Source: Octopus sinensis
Taxonomy: Eukaryota
Reading direction: 5' to 3'
DNA: 64,000 nucleotides
NCBI RefSeq assembly: GCF_006345805.1
Contig: NC_042997.1
Location: forward strand, 178,064,001-178,128,000
Shown here: piece by piece, positions 13,125-24,739 of the stretch
Layout of the letters: each line of letters starts with the position of its first letter
Numbering within the stretch: the stretch's first letter is position 1
The notes under the pieces: model-generated
The model's database searches: none
What the model was told of the DNA's origin: nothing
The model's input: the letters and a program-made list of their open reading frames with translations, nothing else
Made by a program: the position numbers and the translations under genes

Positions 13125-13299
13125 TGTGTGTAGTTAAGAAGTTTGTTTCCCAAACATGTGGTCTTGGGATCAGCCCCACAGTACAGCAACTTGGATAAGT
13201 GTCTTCTAGTATAGCACTGGGCTGACCCAAGATTTGCTAGTGAATTTGGCAGATGGAAACTGAAAGAAGCCCATCATATACATGTCAGGTCACTCTTGG

Positions 13300-13860
13300 G
13301 TGCTACTAGTAACATGTAACCCAGGACAACCTGTTGCATGGCCAGGTCATTGGCAACTAAACTGGTAACCCCATAAAGCTTGCTTGGTGAGGAGGGTGAC
13401 TGTTGGACACCCTGTAGGACGAAAAATATGACCTGTCAAAGGACAGAAGAGCTCATGAGCAGTCAATAGCCATCCAACAATGTGTACACATGTATGTATG
13501 CATGGCGACGTGGAAATACCTGGGTTGGTGTCCAGGTGCGCAGTTAGTCCGCTGGGAATGGGAGGCCCCTCTGTTGTTGTCATAAAATCTCTCTAGGAGA
13601 GGTAAACTCTGAGAAAAAACCTGCAACACTGACAATATTCGATGATGTACACTAGTTTTTCTTTTCGACTTTATGTTGTCCATATTCAGAGAGTGGGATT
13701 GGATTTGTGCAAATCCTTTCCTCACTACAAAAAATCATTATGCACAGGCATCGCTTGAAAAAAAAACAGTAAGACCTATCACAAAAATGGCTGGTCATAG
13801 CCTTCATATGTGTGGAACTTTCAATCAGGCGATGGTAATACCTGGACACAAGTTTGCAGC
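13300..13860 (+). mobile_element. Probable LINE (RTE-like) 5' UTR and start of ORF
   Basis: GC-richer non-SINE block ending in a frame ...HSLHMCGTFN, resembling the APE start xxIGTFNVR; identification tentative. Confidence 0.3.
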
Positions 13861-16736
13861 CATCATATCTTTTACTTATTTCAGTCGTTAGACTGCAGCC
13901 ATGCTGGGGCACAACTCATGATCTGAACTTATATATTTTTTAAAGCCAGGTATAAATTCTATTGCTCACTTTTGCCAAACTGCTAAGTTACAAGAATGTA
14001 AACACACCAATACTGGTTATCAAGCAGTGATGAGGAACAAACAGAGACACAACAGACATATATATATATATATATAATGGGCTTTTTTCAGCTTCCATCT
14101 ACCAAATCCACTTACAAGGTTTTGGTTGGCTTGAGGGTATAGCGTGGCACCTTGGGCCACACTAAGGGACTGAACCCAGAACCATGTGGTTGGGAAGCAA
14201 ACTTCTTGTTACACAGCCATAAATGGGTGTTTGTGTGTTGTCCTCCACCAATACTTGGCAACCTGTGTTTGTTTATGTCCCCATAACTTCGCAGTTCAGC
14301 AAAAATGACCAATAACATAAGTAACAGGCTTAAAAATAAATCCTGGGGATGATTTCTTTGACTAAACCCTTCAAAGTGGTGTCCCAACATGGCCAAAATC
14401 CAATGACAGAATCAAATCAAAGACAAAGATTACGCACATACATTTTTGTGCTGACCAATGACTAAGGAAAGGAATTGGTAGAAGGAAACAATACAGATAC
14501 CACTGTGAGTCTTCTGTAGCAGAACAAGACTCTTGAAGAGGATTGGTCTGCAAGAATACTGTGCTGGTGCCACATAAAAAGCACTCATGCTAGTGTCACA
14601 TTAATAAGCATCCAGCCATAGAAGCCAAGACAGACTGGAACCTGGTGCAGCTCTCTGGCTTGCCAGCTCTACTCAAACAGTCCAACCTGTGCCAGCATGG
14701 GAAATGGATATTAAAGGGTGATGATGATGATGGGTATACGAGCAAGTATGCATGTGTGAATGTTCCACATCTTCACATGAAAGAGCTTGATCAAACAAAA
14801 ATAAAAGATAACAGGACTGTAGTATTTATATTTTTATTTGTTTCAGTTATTAGACTGCTGCCATGCAGGGGTACAACCTTGAAGAATTTATAGCAGAATC
14901 AATTGAACCCAATACTTATTTTCTTTTTAAAACCTAGTATTTATTCTATTGGTTGCTTTTGCAGACCTGCTAAATTACATGGATGCAAACACATCAGCAC
15001 TAGTTGTCAAGCAGTGGGGAGATGGGGAACCAGCCCAGACACAAATACTGGCTCCTGTGCAGGTGGCATGTGAAAAACACCATTTGAGCATGGCTGTTGT
15101 CAGTACCACCTGACTGGCGCTCGTGCTGGTAGCACGTAAAAGCACCCACTACACTCTCGGAGTGGTTTTCGTTAGGAAGGGCATCCAGCTGTAGAAACTC
15201 TGCCAGATCAAAATTGGAGCCTGGTGCAGCCATCTGGTTCGCCAGTCCTCAGTCAAATCATCCAACCCATGCTAGCATGGAAAGCAGATGTTAAACGATG
15301 ATGATTGTATACATATATATATATGATGGGCTTCTTTCTGTTTCTATCTCCCAAATCCACTCACAAGGATTTGGTCGGCCCAAGGCTATAGTAGAAGACA
15401 CTTGCCCAAAGTGCCACACAGTGAGACTGAACCGAGGACCAAGTGGTTGGGAAGCAAACTTCTTAACAACACACAGCTGCATTTTGCATTTTCTGTCAAC
15501 TAATCATCCTCTAACTCTCTACTCTCAAAGACAAGTGGAATAAAAACATCTCTTACTTGAGGAGAAAAAGACAAAAGCACATGTAGGGTATCTGGCTATA
15601 CAATAATGACCCAATATTAATTATTCATCCAACCTATGCTATTAATATGCCCCCGTCAATTCTACATCTGCTGCACCCCACTCCATCAGTATATTCTTTC
15701 ATCACTCATTCTTCTAATCATCCTACATCACAACCACAGTCCCACTGTGTGGCACCTTGGGCAAGTGTCTTCTACTAACCTGTGGATTTGGTAGAGAGAA
15801 ACTGAAAGAAGCCCATCGTGTGTATGGCCAAGTGGTTAGGCTGTTGCACTCACAATCACTAGATCGTGGGTTCAATTCTCAGACCAGGCAGTGAGTTGCT
15901 TTCCTGAGCAAAACACTTCATTTCGCATTGCTCCAGTTCCCATTTTGATCAGGAATATTGGTTAAAATGATGCAAAGCACATTGTGGTCAGTCACGTGAC
16001 ACACATCTAAATACTTTTATTTATGGGTGTGTGTTTGTGTTTCCTTGGCCCAACGTCATGTGACAGCTGTAAATGATTGTCACTATCATACAGGTAGTGT
16101 CGTTCATTTCCAATATTCTGTGAGAACATGTCTGGCTATATTTGGAAAGAGGTAAGGGTTGGTGACAGTAAGGTCATCCATCAATAGAAAATTTGCCCCA
16201 GGAAGGGCATCTGGCCGAAGAAAATCTGCATCATAATAAATTCTGTCCAACTCATGCAAATAAGGAAAAGTGGATTTAAATGATGATCATATCCTCATTT
16301 CTCTTTTATGCTGCTGCTGTAATGAAAGTGGAACCCATCACAACATACCATTACACTTGTGCTGTGAGTCATCACTCCCTCTCCCAATAAACCCCTTCCT
16401 ATTGACATCCACCACTCATTCTTATCACTGGCCACCTCCACTACTATTTATCACTCCATTCCTCCACTCTCCCTGATTCTCCTATCACCACTCTCTTGTC
16501 TATTCACCTTCTTGGACACCTTACCTTCAAGGGTACAAACAAATACAAGAATAGTGAGAACTATCTAACTGTACACAATACAAAGCAACCTCACTCGTGA
16601 TGGTGTTACTATAAAATGTATCCAGTACACCCAACAAAGTGGGCAGGGAACGAGCAGAGATGAAATGACTGTTTAGTCTTGTCAAAAACATGACAACCTC
16701 TTTAGCAATGGTGCTATGACGAAACACACCAAGTAT

Positions 16737-17400
16737 GCTGAAGTGGCACTCATCAGAAGGTATATCAATGAAGAAATATCTCCTGTATCATCATCATTGC
16801 CTTTATTTTATGTCCACTTTCCATGCTAGCATTGGTTAGGTGACCGCTACTATTCAAATCAGTTATTAACTCCAAATATAATGAGTTGTAGGATCACATT
16901 ATAAGTGATAGGAAGAGTATACTTCCATCTGTTTCTTTATTACCCACAAGGGGCTAAACATAGAGGGGACAAACAAAGACAGACAGACGGATTAAGTCAA
17001 TTACATCGGGCCCCAGTGCGTAACTGGTACTTAATTTATCGACCCCGAAAGGATGAAAGGCAAAGTCGACCACTGCGGAATTTGAACTCAGAACGTAGCG
17101 ACGCGTGAAATACTGCGAAGCACTTCGCCCGGTGTGCTAACGTTTCTGCCAACTCGCCGCCTTTGGAAGAGTATCTTTCTATCATTAACCAAAAAAATGA
17201 AATGGAGCCAAACCAAAAAGTATAGGCAAACATAGTCCTTCAATTCATTTTATTTCGAGTTGATAAGAACTGGAATAAAAACTGACTTGAATAGTAGCAG
17301 TCATTCAATCAATGCTAGCATGGAAAGTGGACATTGGTGATGATGATGATACTGGAGATATTTCTTCATTGCTATTCCTTATGAGTGCCACTCCAGTAAG
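16737..17400. repeat. Diverged foldback palindrome (arms about 180 bp) split at its apex by the SINE-C
   Basis: 16737-16917 is the reverse complement of about 17172-17400 (gagatatttcttcattg, ccatgctagcattg, gctactattcaa blocks). Removing the SINE restores tgataggaaga-gta-tctttctatca. Confidence 0.75.
16921..17164 (-). mobile_element. SINE family C copy with 10-bp TSD
   Basis: Head ggcggcgagttggcagaaacgttagc, B-box-like gagttcaaattcc; TSD GGAAGAGTAT at 16911-16920 and 17165-17174. Other copies at 4826-5060, 25015-25240, 35324-35540, 41045-41180, 48790-48990, 49625-49823, 53200-53730, 56170-56372. Confidence 0.85.
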
Positions 17401-18005
17401 AAACTGGTAGTTAATTTCAACAATAATTTTTTTAAAATATATAAACGTAAACACTTCCCAAAGGTTTCAGTAGTTTCCATCTGAATTTCATTCACAAAGC
17501 TTCAATCAGTTTAAGGCTCATACCAGAACCGAGAAATTGTGAAATTATCTTTCTTAACCATATGACCATACGTATCACCATCATCATTGTTTCTGATGTC
17601 TACTTTTCTATGCTTACATGGATCAGATAGAGTTTACTGAAGCAGATTTCTATGGCTGGATGCTCTTCCAGTGGACAACTCTTACCTGATTCCAGCAAGG
17701 TAATATTTCCCCATGGCAGACATGTTTTGACAGAATATTACAAATGAAAGCCATTCATTTACAACAATCATGTTATGTCATGACAAGGAGACACAAACAT
17801 ACATACCTATATTGAGAGTTTTCTGTAAGCCTCTGTCCATCAAACTCACAGGGTTTTCATCAGTCTGGGGCCACAACAGAAAACACCTGCCTAAGGTGCC
17901 AAGCAGTAGGACTGAACTCAGCACCATATTGTTGTCAAGCGAACTTCTTAACCACACAGCCATGTCTGTGTCTACAAAGCGCAGGTGTAGCTGTATGGTC
18001 AAGTG

Positions 18006-18292
18006 TGGAGGCACATGGCCTAGTGGTTAGAGCAGCGGACTCGCGGGTTCAAATCTCAGACCGGGCAATGCTAATGTTTATGAGCGAAAACACCTAAGCT
18101 CCACGCGGCTCCGGCAGAAGGTAATGGTGAACTTCTGCTGACTCTTTCGCCACAACATTCTCTCACTCTTTCCTCCTGCATCTTGCAGCTCACCTGCGGC
18201 GGACTGGCGTCCCATCCAGGTGGGGAACCTATACACCAAGAAACCGGCCCTTATGAGTCAGGCATGGCTCGAGAAGGAACAAACAACAACAA
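18006..18292 (+). mobile_element. tRNA-derived SINE (family D relative) with (AAC)n tail
   Basis: tggaggcacatggcctagtggttagagcagcggactcgcgggttcaaatc head with A/B boxes; CpGs retained. Confidence 0.75.
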
Positions 18293-19418
18293 TGACCAAG
18301 AAGTCTACTTCCCCATCACATGACTTCAGTGATATGTACCTGTGTATTAAGTGCAGGCATGGATGTGCAGTTAAGTTTGCTTCCCAATTACATGGCACCT
18401 TGGGCAGGTATCTTCTACTATAGCCATAGGCCAGCCAAAGCTTTAAGTGTGAATTTGACAGATAGAAAGTCTGTGTGTGTGTGTGATGTGCATGTTTATG
18501 TGTCTCTTTGCCTTGACACTGCAATATTTGTAAATGAACGTCAGAGTCAAATAAACGGTCATTCATTTCCAACCTCCCATAGAAGCATATTCAACCATAG
18601 GGAAAATGTTATCTTGCTTGGAAATGGGTGAGGGTTGGCAACAGGTAGGGCATCCTGACACAGGAAATCTACCTCAATGAATGCCATCTGACCATGCAAG
18701 TATGGAAAACAGGACGTTAAACAGATGATGATGAAAGGTATGTGAAAGACACAAGAGTAAAATGTGGTCATTTGATATCAAAATAATGATGATGATGATA
18801 ACATGTGTATGAACCGAGTGTTGTACAGTGAAGTCAAAATTGTTGCAAAACCCCAAAAGAATGTGATAGATGTGATTCACTCTATGTATATTTTATATCT
18901 GAGCAATATAGATTAACAAAGTGAAAGTTTTGAAAATCGGATATTAAAAGTGAAAACGTTTAAAAATATGAATGTTGTTGTTTAGCGCCAGATTAGTCTT
19001 CACTGAGCACACACATGATCAAACTCATTCCAATCAAAACCAACCGGCCCGTTTTTTGTTTTTTTTTCTCTCTTTTTAAGACATGTGACCATACTCTCTC
19101 AGGGATGTGCAACGGTGACTAACAGACTGAATGAGAATTAAGGATTAACAGGCATCAATCGAAAATTGGATAAGCTAGAGGGTGGCCATTTTGAAACTTG
19201 TCCATTTAATGGACATGAAAATATTTTTTTAGTCGACGTATGTAAATCAGAATGAGCAACAGGTGAATGTCAACTAAAAGACAAAAACGGATTTTGTCAG
19301 ATTAAACCATTACACATATATATATATAACGTTAAAAATAAAAAGAACACTGATCTTTGAAATTGGACGTTTGCTATTAGCAGATTCCAGCTGATAATTG
19401 AGCCTTCATCCAACTTAC

Positions 19419-19451
19419 CCTGCGATATGATAATTTTTAGCTGAAACCTCA
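19419..19451 (-). CDS. 33-nt frame-preserving microexon (S-EVSAKNYHIA-G, phase 2 to 2)
   Basis: Acceptor tttttttaaacattcgtttttag|, donor AGG|gtaagt, open in the phase delivered by the 21174-21267 exon. Confidence 0.5.
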
Positions 19452-20800
19452 CTAAAAACGAATGTTTAAAAAAATATTTTTTTTTACGTAACGTTAGATT
19501 TTAATATAGAATCTCTGGATTATGAGTTTGGCATGTCACATGCAGTATATTCGGTAATTAATTAACTAGGACGAAAAGAAAGACAAAATTGGACGTAATA
19601 TTCAAACAAGTCACGATGTGCTAAAATCGAACACGTCTGTCTCGCTTCCAACGGAATTGACAATTAATCTACAGTGGCCAAGATTTACTACGGCATGCAA
19701 ACATATTAAATAAAAAGCCATTGCTACTAATTTCGTTAAGTGTCAACATTAGGTACTCTGATAATTTTATATAATCTGAGAATAAAATATGTATGGGAAT
19801 AATATATATTCGATTCTCAATCAAGAATCACTTTCCTTAACTGTAGGCTTTATGCAATAAGAAATTTTAAAAAATATACGGAACCATTAAGTAAATAAGG
19901 AAATACATAATGAAAAGAACGTCTATAGCCAGTGACTGTAAATTTAAATTAGATGGAAACCCAACAGGAAAAGTTGAAGTTCACGTAAAGAGGCACATCC
20001 GATATATCTCGAGGCAATTTTTCATCACACTACTGTATTTATTCTATGGCACCTCCAACTATTTAAAGTGGAGCATCGGAAATTTAATTATTTAACTTAG
20101 CCTATATTAGAATATTCGGTGGACACAGATCAATAAGCGGTTGACTGCTGTCGAAGAATTGCTTTCCTCTGACCATCGCATTGGACATGGGAGCAAGAAA
20201 CCTGACAAGATTAAAACACTTCCTTCTCCACCACCTTGTTTCGTTCCTCAGATTTAACTTTTGCAGCACATAATCCCAGCACTTAGCTTTTTAGTATTTC
20301 AAGTGCACGGGTAAAAATATTCCAACTGACGACAGCAAACAGTTCTCACTAAATCTACTTTTCTTGACCTTTTTTTTTAATTAAAATTATTTTTTTCTGC
20401 TATAATTATACGAATATAATATCTAAGATGCTAATAATTAGATAAATATTGCCCCGACTATCCAAAAGATCATGGGTAAAGAAATTTCGTTTAAAATCGC
20501 AACCTAATTTTATTATTACCATCATTATATTATTATTATTATTATTATTATTATAGAGTATTGGAAAATAATTTTATTACGAAATCCAGTTTTTAATTAT
20601 TCAACCGACAAAGTAACCAATATTTATAATGAATGTGATGATAAAATTAAAAAGAAAAAAAATACAGGAATTTTATTACAAATAAAACAGACACAGGGAA
20701 ATGAATACACTCACGCATAAATCTATGTATATTTATGGTTTATAATTTTCCAAATGAATACATATTTTACCATAAATATTTCTATCTTTGAACTAATATA

Positions 20801-20807
20801 TACATAC

Positions 20808-20870
<63 letters not shown>
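20801..20870. repeat. (TA)n(GA)n microsatellite
   Basis: Direct reading; many similar (TA)n/(CA)n tracts throughout the window. Confidence 0.95.
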
Positions 20871-20871
<1 letters not shown>

Positions 20872-21173
20872 AAGGAACGGTTTTAGAAAGAAGCACAGAT
20901 ATCAAGTATCTGTAGACATAGCGTAATCACTGCAACTGGGGAAAAACTAAAAGAATTTCCACAGCTATCACGTAATTAAACTCATAATAACTACCTAACT
21001 AGCTTTACCAACTCATTACCCCATCACATACAACATTCTTAAAAATCTACAATGAAGATCAGTAAATTTGAAGACTAAACAGTTAAAGCTGCCAAAAAAA
21101 AAAAAGATCAAAGAATAAGCTGAGAGAAAGAACCGATCCTAAACAGAAACGTTGGTTGGTTTCTGTCACTTAC

Positions 21174-21267
21174 CTCATTGCCGCGGTATGGTGCCCGACG
21201 GTGGGCCTTTTACTGGTAGAATTGCCGTCTCCACGTCCTTCAATGGGATCTAAGGAATTAGGAGGAC
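21174..21267 (-). CDS. Internal coding exon (G-PPNSLDPIEGRGDGNSTSKRPTVGHHTAAM, phase 1 to 2)
   Basis: Acceptor cttttattctttattaatag|, donor GAG|gtaagt, GC-rich unique sequence. Only the phase-1 frame is stop-free, which is the frame required by the upstream exon. Confidence 0.65.
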
Positions 21268-22143
21268 CTATTAATAAAGAATAAAAGATAACAGGGAATC
21301 TTAAATGAGAAGACTAACTTTCACGTTGGTGGCGAACTAACGTGAAGATCTGGAACAAAAATAGGGGCAGCAGTAATATTTATCTGAACAATGGTTGATT
21401 CACATCTCGATATGTGAACGTGTTACAATACATACGCTGCGAAATGGAAACTAACAGCTATATAACACGAGAGACCTATCTTGTAATATTTAAAAAACTG
21501 TTCGTTGTACACAGATCTCAGGATTTTTATTTATATATTTTTCTGATAAGATAGGTGAATCATAAAGTTAGATTAGAAATAGCAACAATTTTTTCATTAA
21601 ATAAAAGGCCGGTTGAAAACTAATCTCCATTTAATAGACACCTGGAACGTGAATTTAAAATATTACATCACAATAAAACTCCCCATTTAGATTAAAGATA
21701 GCTCTAATTCATAAATTGATATCGATCTCTAATGAAGTTAAGTCGATCACTTGATGTGATAAGTTTAATTTGCAAAAAGAAAATAATAAAGGGTTATTAT
21801 AAAGAGATGAAGACAACTACCATGTGTGAGAGAAAGAGATGAGGAGAGACTGAAACGATAGAGAGAGAGAGAGAAATAGATAGAATATGAGGCGAAAAAT
21901 TAAAAGACAGCTAGATAGAGATTGGAATGGAGGGGACAGAAAGAGAGAGAAATAAGAGTGGAAGAGATGCAACAGAAAGGGGAGCAAAAGAGAGGAGAAT
22001 GAAACTAAAAACGGAAGAGACAGTTGGAGGTAAATGCAAATCATGATACGATTGCGATATCTTAGAACGGAAAACACGAAATGTATTTCTGCAGACATGT
22101 TTCTATGTTACTTTTCTGATAGGTAAGGAATAAAAAGTATTAC

Positions 22144-22198
22144 CTCTACGAAGACCTAGGATTTTCCGATTTCTTGATGCATTCGCAGGTGTATACAT
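22144..22198 (-). CDS. Candidate first coding exon of an unidentified gene (MYTPANASRNRKILGLRR + G, phase 1)
   Basis: ATG in context gtggcgATG, 18 open codons + 1 nt, donor GAG|gtaata. Phase matches the 21174-21267 exon. The frame is also open upstream, so this ATG may not be the true start. Confidence 0.55.
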
Positions 22199-22222
22199 CG
22201 CCACAACACCTAAGACTGAGTG

Positions 22223-22233
22223 GCGCCTGCGCA
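22223..22233 (-). promoter_or_regulatory. NRF1-like motif TGCGCAGGCGC in a CpG-retaining promoter/5'UTR region
   Basis: Motif lies 25 nt upstream of the candidate ATG. Unique DNA at about 18.9-22.4 kb keeps many CG dinucleotides, unlike most flanking unique DNA (visual impression). Confidence 0.45.
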
Positions 22234-22872
22234 CTAGTGACTGAATAACTGCTACTAGTCAACGGGATAGAAGGGTTTGCCTAAAGAAAAGGAACACGCT
22301 ACTGAAGCGAAACGAAGCGGTTTAAATCATGCTTTGATGACAACAGCTATTTAAAGGAAGCAATAAAATAATAAAAAACATTATTATAAATTCCTAACAG
22401 ACGTAAAATATAAAATAATGAGAAAACAAAACAAAATCAAATAAGTTTTCATTTAAATTTTCTTAGTAATTCCCTGATCTCGTTTAAATGACTTGCCTCT
22501 CTTTCCATATCTCTGTATCACTATCTACCTATCATTCTCGTACACACACACACACACATATATATGTATGTATATTCTTTTATTTCTTCTATTCTTTTAT
22601 TTGTTTCAGTCATTTGACTGCGGCCATGCTGGAGCACCGCTTTTAGTCGAAAAAATCCACCCCAGGACTTATTCTTTGTAAGCCCAGTACGTATTCTGTC
22701 GGTTTATTTTGGCGAACCGCTAAGTTACGGGGACGTAAACACACCAGCATCGGTTGTCAAACGATAATCAGGGGGAAAGGAACAAACACAGACAGATAGA
22801 CAGACTGACAGACAAATAGACAGACAGACACACACAAGGCTATTACTTCCTGGGTACTTATGTGTGTGTGTG

Positions 22873-22911
<39 letters not shown>

Positions 22912-23081
22912 ATACACAACAGGCTTCTGTTCAGTTTCCGTCTATCAAATTCACTCACAAGGCTTTGGTCGGACCGAGGCTATAGTAGAAGACACTTGCC
23001 CAAGGTGTCACACAGTGGTACTGACCTGGAACCATGTGTGCTTGGTGAGCAAACCACTTAGCACACAACCACTCCTGAGCC

Positions 23082-23132
<51 letters not shown>

Positions 23133-23208
23133 GAGAAAGAGAGAGAGAGACAAATTGATACATACATACATACATACACACATTTTTATATAAGTATGCA
23201 TGCGCGTG

Positions 23209-23242
<34 letters not shown>

Positions 23243-23439
23243 CACCACACACACACAGAAACATGCTCATATCATCATCATCGTCGTTTAGCGTCCGTTT
23301 TCCATGCTAGCATGGGTTGGACGGTTCTACTGGGGTCTGTGAAGCCAGAAGGCTTCATCAGGCCCAGTCAAATCTGGCAGTGTTTCTACGGCTGGATGCC
23401 CTTCCTAACGCCAGTACATATACACATATATAAACGGGA

Positions 23440-23680
23440 ACTCTTTTACACACATTCACATCCACATATGTTTATACACACATGCATATATATCCACAAG
23501 CTAAATCCACAAGTTTTATTTTTCATTCTCTGTTTATTTCCTTGTGTTCCTCCTTTCTGTTGAAGAGCATAGCCTCGAAATGTAAAAGACTTTCTCACCT
23601 TTCCAAGCGCCAAACTAATACACCTTCTTGTTGTTTATGCACCTGTCTTTGTCTTTTGATTTTCCATAAATTTCAACTAT
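23440..23680 (+). mobile_element. Penelope-like pLTR-derived repeat with degenerate hammerhead
   Basis: cttt-CTGTTGA-a-gagc-atag-cctc-GAAA-tgt-a-aaag at 23553-23588. Confidence 0.4.
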
Positions 23681-23709
23681 GTTTGTATGTATGTATGTAT
23701 GTATGTATG

Positions 23710-23761
<52 letters not shown>

Positions 23762-24468
23762 CATCATCATCATCGTTTAACGTCCGTTTTCTGCGCTAGC
23801 ACGGGTTGGACAGTTTGACCGGGGTCTGGGGAGCCAGGGGCTGCTCCAGGCTCCAGTCTGATCTGGCAGTGTTTCTACAGCTGGATGCCCTTCCTAACAC
23901 CAACCACTCCATGAGTGTAGTGGGTGCTTTTTACGTGCCACCTGCACAGGTGCCAGAGGGGTCTGGCATCGGCCACGATCGGTTGGTGCTTTTTATGTGC
24001 CACCGGCACTGAAGCCAGTTGAGGCAGTGCTGGCATCGGCCACGTTCGGATGGTGCTTTTTATGTGCATACATACATATATTCACACATACAAACATACA
24101 TGCATGCATACATTCATATGTACATACATGCATACATACATACGTACATACATACATACATACATACATATATACATACATATATGCATGTGCACACACA
24201 CTCTTCATTTCTTCTATATCACTACTCAAATGACAACAATTTTTATATAGACTTTAACAGCTCAACACCACCCCATGCAATTTTTTGCTTTCTCTATAAA
24301 CTCAAAAACAAACCATTTGGTTATTCCAATCATCATTCCACCCTGTCACTCTTACTAACAATCTGCTTAGCTTCTTTTGACTTTATTTTGTTCCATTTAC
24401 CATTTCTTGTTACACTTCTACTCAGTGGTAGCATAACTCTTTAGTATTTTAAACCAGTTGTATCCAAC

Positions 24469-24739
24469 CACAGGCTCGGGAACGAAATTTGCTTAGGGGG
24501 TGCAAACCCAGGTCCAAAAATTTTTACAAACAAGGTCCTATTGCTTTTATTTATTTATTTTTCCTTTTTTTTTTTTTTAGAAGAAATCTAATTTCGAGCT
24601 ACTTTTTACAGATCACTATCTATTCACTGTTTTCTAAACCCGAGAAAAGTATGTAGGGGTGCAAATTTTGATTTTGCACACCACAAAAATTTTATAGGGT
24701 GCACTTGCAGCCTCTTCACCTCCTGTTCCCGGGCCCATG
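24469..24739. mobile_element. hAT-type MITE (271 bp) nested in a P2 piggyBac-type MITE
   Basis: TIR cacaggctcgggaac / gttcccgggcccatg (12/15), exact 8-bp TSD TATCCAAC (24461-24468, 24740-24747). Confidence 0.85.

Noticed and set aside
12324-13137. Mariner ORFs as an active transposase
   Set aside because: Multiple stops and frameshifts, first catalytic Asp reads as Asn, YSPDL motif destroyed, SINE insertion.
16527-16785. 85-codon minus-strand frame, phase-compatible with the 19419 microexon
   Set aside because: Its 5' part lies in one arm of the foldback palindrome, the acceptors are weak and the frame stops before the only good donor. Not supportable as an exon.
19910-20258. Plus-strand open frames (MKRTSIASDCKF..., NIRWTQINKRL...) in the CpG zone
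   Set aside because: No recognisable motif, no coherent splice chain, antisense to the better-supported gene.
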